Below are positions 57,903 to 64,000 of a DNA stretch of 64,000 nt, one piece after another. The number at the start of each line of letters is the position of its first letter. Within the stretch, counting starts at the first letter, position 1. The notes beneath the pieces were generated by a model. That model was given only the letters and a program-made list of their open reading frames with translations. It did no database searches and was not told the origin of the DNA. Source of the stretch: an uncultured cyanobacterium. Its GTDB lineage: Bacteria > Cyanobacteriota > Cyanobacteriia > Cyanobacteriales > CAWUOF01. Where the stretch lies: NCBI GenBank assembly GCA_963744145.1, contig CAVUSO010000001.1, positions 3,104,001-3,168,000 on the forward strand, given 5' to 3'. A program made the translations under genes and the position numbers.

Positions 57903-58931
57903 ATGAGTTCAGATCAGCTTATAGCCACTGCTAAGGCAATAGTCGCCAGGGACAAAGGTCTGTTGGCAATGGATGAAAGTAACCCAACTTGCAACAAACG
58001 ATTTGCCAAGCTAGGGATTCCCCAAACCCAGGAAGCCCGACGTGCCTATCGGGAGTTGATTATAACCACGTCCGGTCTTGATGAATATATTAGTGGCGTG
58101 ATCCTCTATGACGAGACAATCCGTCAGCAGCAAAAAGATGGTACTTCCTTTCTTCAAGTTCTTAGCAATGCGGGGATTATTCCCGGTATCAAAGTTGATA
58201 CTGGGGCTAAGGACATGGCGGGTCATCCGGTCGAAAAAATCACAGTTGGTCTGGACGGATTGCGCGATCGCCTCAAGGAATATTTTCAAATGGGCGCTCG
58301 TTTCGCCAAGTGGCGCGCCGTGATTACGATCGGCAAGGACATTCCCAGCCGGGGTTGTATCGAGGCCAACGCCCAGACCTTGGCTCGCTATGCTGCATTG
58401 TGTCAGGAAGCCGGACTGGTTCCTATTGTCGAGCCAGAAGTACTCATGGACGGCGAGCATACCGGGGTGCGGTGCGGTGAGGTAACCGAAGAAGTCCTAC
58501 GAACCGTCTTCAACCAACTCTACACACAACGGGTAATCCTGGAGGGTTTGATCTTGAAACCCAACATGGTACTTCCCGGATTGACCTGCCCCCAGCAAGG
58601 AACTGTGGATGAGGTGGCCGACGCCACGGTGAACTGTTTCTTGCGAGCAGTCCCTGCTGCCGTTCCGGGGATTGCATTCTTGTCGGGCGGACAATCTGGT
58701 GAACTGGCCTCAGCCCGTTTGAATGCCATGAATGTTAGATTCAAATCGCGTTTGCCTTGGGCCTTGGCGTTTTCCTTTGCCCGCGCCATCCAGCAAACAG
58801 CTTTAGAGCTTTGGCAAGGCAAAGAGACTAATGTACTAGAGGCCCAAAAAGCTCTACTACATCGAGCGAAATGCAATTGGGCAGCGCGTCGGGGCGAATA
58901 CAATGCCGCTATGGAAGGGACGGGAGCATGA
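57903..58931 (+). CDS. Class I fructose-bisphosphate aldolase
   Basis: KGLLAMDES, GIKVD, FAKWRAV, VPIVEPEV, LKPNMV, FLSGGQS. Confidence 0.95.
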   Translation: MSSDQLIATAKAIVARDKGLLAMDESNPTCNKRFAKLGIPQTQEARRAYRELIITTSGLDEYISGVILYDETIRQQQKDGTSFLQVLSNAGIIPGIKVDTGAKDMAGHPVEKITVGLDGLRDRLKEYFQMGARFAKWRAVITIGKDIPSRGCIEANAQTLARYAALCQEAGLVPIVEPEVLMDGEHTGVRCGEVTEEVLRTVFNQLYTQRVILEGLILKPNMVLPGLTCPQQGTVDEVADATVNCFLRAVPAAVPGIAFLSGGQSGELASARLNAMNVRFKSRLPWALAFSFARAIQQTALELWQGKETNVLEAQKALLHRAKCNWAARRGEYNAAMEGTGA

Positions 58932-59554
58932 GCACAAGCATACCCACTCCCCTACGCATTTACTTCATTCGGCATGGGGAAACTGAGTGGTCGCTCTCTG
59001 GCCAGCACACTGGTCGCACGGACATTCCCTTAACTGCGAATGGTGAGGATGAGGGACGGGAACTTGGTAAACATCTCCGGGACATCCAGTTTGCCCATGT
59101 GCTAACCAGCCCGCTCCAACGTGCCCGACAAACCTGTGCCTTCGTCGGGCTGGATCAGGTCCCGGAAATTGAAACAGACCTGATGGAACGGGACTATGGC
59201 GATTACGAAGGGCAGCGATCCGTTGATATTCGCAAGGTGCGCCCAGACTGGAATATTTTTCGAGATGGTTGTCCGCACGGTGAAACGCCTGCACAAATTT
59301 CTGATCGTGCTGATCGACTTATTAATCGTCTTCATACACTGCACGGAAATATCGCGCTTTTTTCCCACGGTCAGTTCGGCGGTGTTCTAGCTGTGCGCTG
59401 GATCGGATTAGCGGTGGTTAAAGCGCAGCATTTCCCGCTTAGTACGGCGTCCTTGAGCATTTTCGCCTTCGACACCCACCACCCCACAGTGTCCGTCATC
59501 GCTTTGTGGAATGCTAGCTCTCACGAAATATTCAACAGCCAAAAGCTTTCTTAA
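58928..59554 (+). CDS. Histidine phosphatase family, copy 2
   Basis: RHGETEWS; paralog of 46535-47164. Confidence 0.9.
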   Translation: MSTSIPTPLRIYFIRHGETEWSLSGQHTGRTDIPLTANGEDEGRELGKHLRDIQFAHVLTSPLQRARQTCAFVGLDQVPEIETDLMERDYGDYEGQRSVDIRKVRPDWNIFRDGCPHGETPAQISDRADRLINRLHTLHGNIALFSHGQFGGVLAVRWIGLAVVKAQHFPLSTASLSIFAFDTHHPTVSVIALWNASSHEIFNSQKLS

Positions 59555-59600
59555 ACAATCAAGGGAATGGGACAGGAAAACGCGCATACAGAAAAAGAAG

Positions 59601-61757
59601 ATGAAAAAGTCCCTAGATGATCTCCACCATTATATCTCGAATATTTCCGCACATTCTGATGTGTGGGTAGGATCTCCTTTGCCTTTTGGGACCCAGGAAA
59701 CTGGAGGAGGGGTGAATTTCGCCATTTTCAGCCGTGATGCCAGCCGCATTCGACTAGAGTTATTCGACCATCCCGAAGATGCAATACCTGCCCGGTCTAT
59801 CGATCTGGATTCAGCGTGCCATCGGACTGGCGATGTATGGCATGTTTGGGTGAAGGGAATAGGTTCCGGTCAATTCTATGCTTACCGCGTGGACGGTCCT
59901 TACGAACCCAGCAAAGGACATCGTTTTAATTTTAACCGTCTTCTCCTCGATCCCTGTGCGACTGCGATTTCGCAACTGCCCCCCTGGGATTTCGGATCAG
60001 CACGCGGATATGACCCATTGGCACCAGAGCAAGACTTATCTTTCTCGAAGAAGGACAATGCCAGGTCGATGCCAAAATGCTTATTTGTCAACGATTCCTT
60101 CGAGTGGAATGGAGATCAGCCACTCCGACATCCGTGGTCGAAGACCATTATTTACGAAGTGCATATTCGTGGCTTTACTATTCATCCCAAGTCAGGTGTG
60201 GATCATCCGGGCACCTACCGAGGTCTGATAGAAAAAATTCCCTATCTCAAAACCCTGGGCGTGACCGCCGTGGAACTGATGCCCGTGCAAGAGTTCAATG
60301 ACACTCCAATGTCATACAGGAATCCGCAAACCAATCAACCACTCAAGAATTATTGGGGATACGATCCGGTGGCTTTCTTTGCACCCAAAGCTTCCTACAG
60401 CAGTTCAGGTGGTTTAGGACAGCAGAAGCTAGAGTTCAAGGAAATGGTCATGGCTCTTCACAATGCCGATATCGAAGTGATCCTGGATGTAGTGTTCAAT
60501 CACACGGCGGAGGGTAACGAACTGGGTCCAACGCTCTGTTTTCGCGGGATAGATAACACGATTATCTATACCCTGGAAGGTGATAAACGTTACTACAAAA
60601 ACTATACTGGTACAGGCAACACCATCAACGCCAACCATCCTGTGGTGCGTGACTACATCTTGGCCGCCCTTCGTTATTGGATGGTTGAGATGCATGTAGA
60701 TGGATTCCGGTTTGACTTGGCATCGGTTCTCAGCCGGGATGGTGATGGTAATTTGCTAGCTAATGCACCGCTGCTTGAACGGATTGCTGAAGACCCGATC
60801 TTGAGGGACGTGAAAATCATTGCCGAGGCGTGGGACGCTGCTGGGGCCTATGAGGTGGGTAGTTTTTCCGAGCGGCGGTGGGCGGAATGGAACGGCAGGT
60901 ATAGAGATGATGTCCGGCGTTTTTGGCGTGGTGATGAGGGGATGCTCGGTTTGTTTGCTAGCCGGATCTGTGGCAGTGCCGACATCTATACTAAGTCCGG
61001 CAAAGGTCCCGAAAGCAGCATCAATTTTGTCACATGCCACGATGGTTTTACTCTGAACGATCTGGTGAGCTATCGCTACAAGCACAATGAAGCAAACGGA
61101 GAGAACAACCAGGACGGGAGTAACGCCAATTTTAGCGATCACTACGGAGTTGAAGGTGAAACAACAGATCCCGCGATCGCATCCATTAGGAAACGCCAGA
61201 TTAAGAATTTCCTGCTCACTCTCCTAATCTCACGGGGCGTGCCGATGCTCCTCGGTGGGGACGAATTTCGTCGCACACAAATCGGTAATAACAACCCCTA
61301 CTGCCAGGACAACGCAACGAGCTGGTATGACTGGAACTGTCTGGAACAGCACAGGGAGATTTTTCGCTTCACCTGTGGCATGATCGCCTTTCGGTGTGCC
61401 CATCCCGTTCTGAGTAAGGAACAATTCTACAGGGATAGTGAGATCCAGTGGTTTAGTCCGCAAGGAGGATTGCCTAACTGGGCTGACCCGAAAGCAAAAC
61501 AGTTTGCCTGTCTAATCTATGAAAATGAGCGGCACGTACTTTGCCTGATGTTCAATGCTGGTAACGATGCAGTCGATTTCAGGTTGCCTCCTTTACCCGG
61601 ATTTCAGTGGCATCTAGCGGTCGATACCTCTCGCGAAGCACCAGAATATCTGTTTGCTGTAACTGAGGAGCCGCTTTGCGAAGATCCACACACTTACCAT
61701 TTGAGATCCCGATCAAGCGTCATCCTTCTAGCTCGATGTACAGATGAGGAAAAGTAG
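59601..61757 (+). CDS. glgX: Glycogen debranching enzyme (isoamylase)
   Basis: NYWGY, DVVFNHTAEG, VDGFRFDLA, AEAWD, HDGFTL, QxGNNNxYCQDN. Confidence 0.95.
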   Translation: MKKSLDDLHHYISNISAHSDVWVGSPLPFGTQETGGGVNFAIFSRDASRIRLELFDHPEDAIPARSIDLDSACHRTGDVWHVWVKGIGSGQFYAYRVDGPYEPSKGHRFNFNRLLLDPCATAISQLPPWDFGSARGYDPLAPEQDLSFSKKDNARSMPKCLFVNDSFEWNGDQPLRHPWSKTIIYEVHIRGFTIHPKSGVDHPGTYRGLIEKIPYLKTLGVTAVELMPVQEFNDTPMSYRNPQTNQPLKNYWGYDPVAFFAPKASYSSSGGLGQQKLEFKEMVMALHNADIEVILDVVFNHTAEGNELGPTLCFRGIDNTIIYTLEGDKRYYKNYTGTGNTINANHPVVRDYILAALRYWMVEMHVDGFRFDLASVLSRDGDGNLLANAPLLERIAEDPILRDVKIIAEAWDAAGAYEVGSFSERRWAEWNGRYRDDVRRFWRGDEGMLGLFASRICGSADIYTKSGKGPESSINFVTCHDGFTLNDLVSYRYKHNEANGENNQDGSNANFSDHYGVEGETTDPAIASIRKRQIKNFLLTLLISRGVPMLLGGDEFRRTQIGNNNPYCQDNATSWYDWNCLEQHREIFRFTCGMIAFRCAHPVLSKEQFYRDSEIQWFSPQGGLPNWADPKAKQFACLIYENERHVLCLMFNAGNDAVDFRLPPLPGFQWHLAVDTSREAPEYLFAVTEEPLCEDPHTYHLRSRSSVILLARCTDEEK

Positions 61758-61780
61758 CAGACAGTTTTAACGGAGGACAA

Positions 61781-62974
61781 TTGAAAAAAGCTAATCCACG
61801 CATCTTGACGATTAATGGCGGCTCATCGAGCATCAAATTCGCACTATTCGAGTCTGGTGACTCTCTCAGACGGATACTGGAGGGCGAGATTGAGCGGATT
61901 GGAATGCCAGAATCCACCTTGCGGGTAAAAGGATTGAACCAGGCGGACAATTTTTCGCGGTTATTGTTGGCACCAGATCACACCGTGGCGGTGGGCAATC
62001 TGATGGATTGGATCGAGGAACGCAGCAGTCGGGAGGCATTAACTGCGGTGGGGCATCGGGTGGTGCATGGCGGACCGAAGTATAGCAATCCGCAGCGAAT
62101 CACTCCAGAAATGATTGAGGAACTACACCAGATTAGTCCATTTGATCCTGAGCATCTCCCGGAAGAGATCCTGTTAACCGAGGCATTTCATCACCGCTTT
62201 CCGGATTTGCCCCAAGTGGCTTGTTTCGACACAGCTTTTCACCATGACCTGCCACAGGTAGCTCGGTTGTTGCCGATTCCGCGCCGCTACGAAGCGCAGG
62301 GCGTGCGACGATATGGTTTTCACGGGTTGTCATATTCGTTCCTGATGGGAGAACTGTCCCGCCTGTACGGAACAGAAGCAGCACAAGGTCGGACTATCCT
62401 TGCTCACATCGGGAATGGTGCGAGCCTATCCGCGGTGCATAACGGCAAGCCCGTGGATACTAGCATGAGTTTTACTCCGACAGCAGGGGTGCCGATGAGT
62501 ACGCGCTCCGGTGATCTCGACCCGGGACTGCTTTGGTATCTAGCTCGCACTGAAAAAATGAGCGCGAAGCAATTCAACGAGATGGTTAATTTTCAGTCTG
62601 GGTTGCTCGGAATATCGGAAACCAGTTCTGATATGCGTGACTTGCTGAAGATTGAGACACAGGACGAGCGGGCAGCGATCGCGATCGCGTTGTTTTGCTA
62701 CCAGATCAAGAAATGGATCGGCGCATTTGCAGCAGCATTGGGCGGAGTGGATACGTTAGTCTTCGCGGGTGGCATTGGAGAGAACGCCCCTATAGTCCGC
62801 GCCCGGATTTGCGATGGGCTGGGTTTTCTTGGCATCGAACTCGAAGAAAAGCGAAATGCGGCGAATGATGGGGTGATTTCTGCGGAGACTAGCAGAGTTC
62901 CCGTCCATGTGATTCACACAGATGAAGCACTGATGATTGCACGTTTGGTGTGCCACACACTTGGACTTAGCTGA
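61781..62974 (+). CDS. ackA: Acetate kinase, copy 2 (TTG start)
   Basis: Paralog of 47173-48360; GGAGG RBS. Confidence 0.95.
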   Translation: MKKANPRILTINGGSSSIKFALFESGDSLRRILEGEIERIGMPESTLRVKGLNQADNFSRLLLAPDHTVAVGNLMDWIEERSSREALTAVGHRVVHGGPKYSNPQRITPEMIEELHQISPFDPEHLPEEILLTEAFHHRFPDLPQVACFDTAFHHDLPQVARLLPIPRRYEAQGVRRYGFHGLSYSFLMGELSRLYGTEAAQGRTILAHIGNGASLSAVHNGKPVDTSMSFTPTAGVPMSTRSGDLDPGLLWYLARTEKMSAKQFNEMVNFQSGLLGISETSSDMRDLLKIETQDERAAIAIALFCYQIKKWIGAFAAALGGVDTLVFAGGIGENAPIVRARICDGLGFLGIELEEKRNAANDGVISAETSRVPVHVIHTDEALMIARLVCHTLGLS

Positions 62975-63044
62975 AAAAAGGGGGATCAGCAAGCGATGCA
63001 CATTTGCTCAAAAGCACCTGCTAGTGGTTGAATGTGCCATACTA

Positions 63045-63947
63045 TCAAGGCTCTACAGCCACGCCGCCATTAACTGTTTGATTGCTTCCGATCACGCTTT
63101 CCAGGTCTTTCTGCTTATGCTCCTGTCCCAACCCCATCGTCAAGGCTGTCATCCCGGCAAGACCCCCTAGCTCCATGCTTTCCACTGCCGTGCTAGGTAC
63201 AATGACGATCGTGGCGTTCTCCTTCAACCCCTCGTAAAGCATATTCATTGCTCTCAAATGGAGTGCGACAGGATTGTTGATATAAGTCTTGGCTGCTTCC
63301 CCAAACTTTTCCGCTACCTGTCGCTCGGAATCACCCAGAATCACCCGTGCTTGACGTTCTCTTTCCGCTTGAGCCTGCATTGACATCGCATCTTCTAAGG
63401 CAGCAGGAATCAGGACATCCTTTACTTCCACCGAAATCACATTAATGCCCCACGGCTCGGTGCGCTCATCAATGATCTTCTGCAATTCCTTGCTGATCTT
63501 CTCCCTGCCTTCCAGCAGATCCGACAGCATGGTTTTGCCAATCACATCCCGCAGCGCCGTTTGGGATGCCCAACTAATAGCACTTTTATAGTCGGCGACT
63601 TTCAGAGCTGCCTTTTGGGGGTCTAAAACCTGCCAAAAGAGGACGGCATCAACATCCACTGGCACCGTATCTTTGGTCAGGGTCTTCTCTGCCTTAAACG
63701 CAGACGTGATCACGCGGGTATCAATCCAGTAAGGAATCGTATCGATGATCGGAATAATGAAAACGAGTCCCGGTCCCTTGAGAGCGAGGAATTTTCCTAA
63801 CCGCAATACCACCAATCTCTCCCACTCATTTGCCACTTTAATGGCTTTGGAAAGAGTTACAGCTAACACACCTACAACGCCAAAAATTATGATTAAAAGA
63901 AGTAATGGGCTAGCAGTGTCAGGCGGGACGGAGTTTTCCACAGGCAA
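63045..63947 (-). CDS. SPFH/band-7 (slipin) membrane protein; the frame is open to the window end, so the start may lie upstream
   Basis: WERxVVLRLGK, GPGL, TLTKDxVxVxVDAV, QAxAERERxA. Confidence 0.9.
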   Translation of the reverse strand: MPVENSVPPDTASPLLLLIIIFGVVGVLAVTLSKAIKVANEWERLVVLRLGKFLALKGPGLVFIIPIIDTIPYWIDTRVITSAFKAEKTLTKDTVPVDVDAVLFWQVLDPQKAALKVADYKSAISWASQTALRDVIGKTMLSDLLEGREKISKELQKIIDERTEPWGINVISVEVKDVLIPAALEDAMSMQAQAERERQARVILGDSERQVAEKFGEAAKTYINNPVALHLRAMNMLYEGLKENATIVIVPSTAVESMELGGLAGMTALTMGLGQEHKQKDLESVIGSNQTVNGGVAVEP

Positions 63948-64000
63948 GGACGAATCTCCTGTGCTTTGGGACGTAATCGCTATAGGCTTTCCCGATTGAA

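Noticed and set aside
43938..63170. Many antisense or alternate-frame ORFs in the fermentation cluster
   Set aside because: Expected by-product of higher GC content; fully overlapped by well-supported genes

Overview
Cyanobacterial chromosomal DNA, judged from abundant HIP1 GCGATCGC sites and the Uma2, XisH/XisI, CP12 and pentapeptide genes. Layout: (1) 1-14.6 kb housekeeping genes: 5-oxoprolinase, three pentapeptide proteins, CBS-CP12, ilvD, mntH. (2) 14.6-16.4 kb a ribbon-helix-helix repressor (TrcR/All0854-like) divergent from a leader-ORF/terminator/HNH/Alr0857-like operon. (3) 16.4-25.3 kb a decayed accessory region with REP/MITE/SDR repeats, two xisHI copies, a broken GTPase cassette and an orphan toxin-immunity-like pair. 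(4) A nonsense-interrupted kinase-AAA-GAF-GGDEF gene. (5) The highlight, 32.0-37.7 kb: one promoter drives a small Gly-terminated ubiquitin-like ORF, two unannotated structured RNAs (a tRNA-like cloverleaf with an 8-nt anticodon loop inside an outer stem, and a second end-paired RNA), a Ro60/TROVE-vWA-like protein, Tpt1/KptA, a frameshifted AAA ATPase, a Cys-motif protein and a ThiF/E1 enzyme. Its promoter shares operator-like repeats with the repressor's own intergenic region. (6) Hpt and CHASE2 adenylate cyclase genes. (7) 42-64 kb a GC-richer, segmentally duplicated phosphoketolase/acetate kinase fermentation cluster. All family assignments come from motif recognition by eye; no searches were run.
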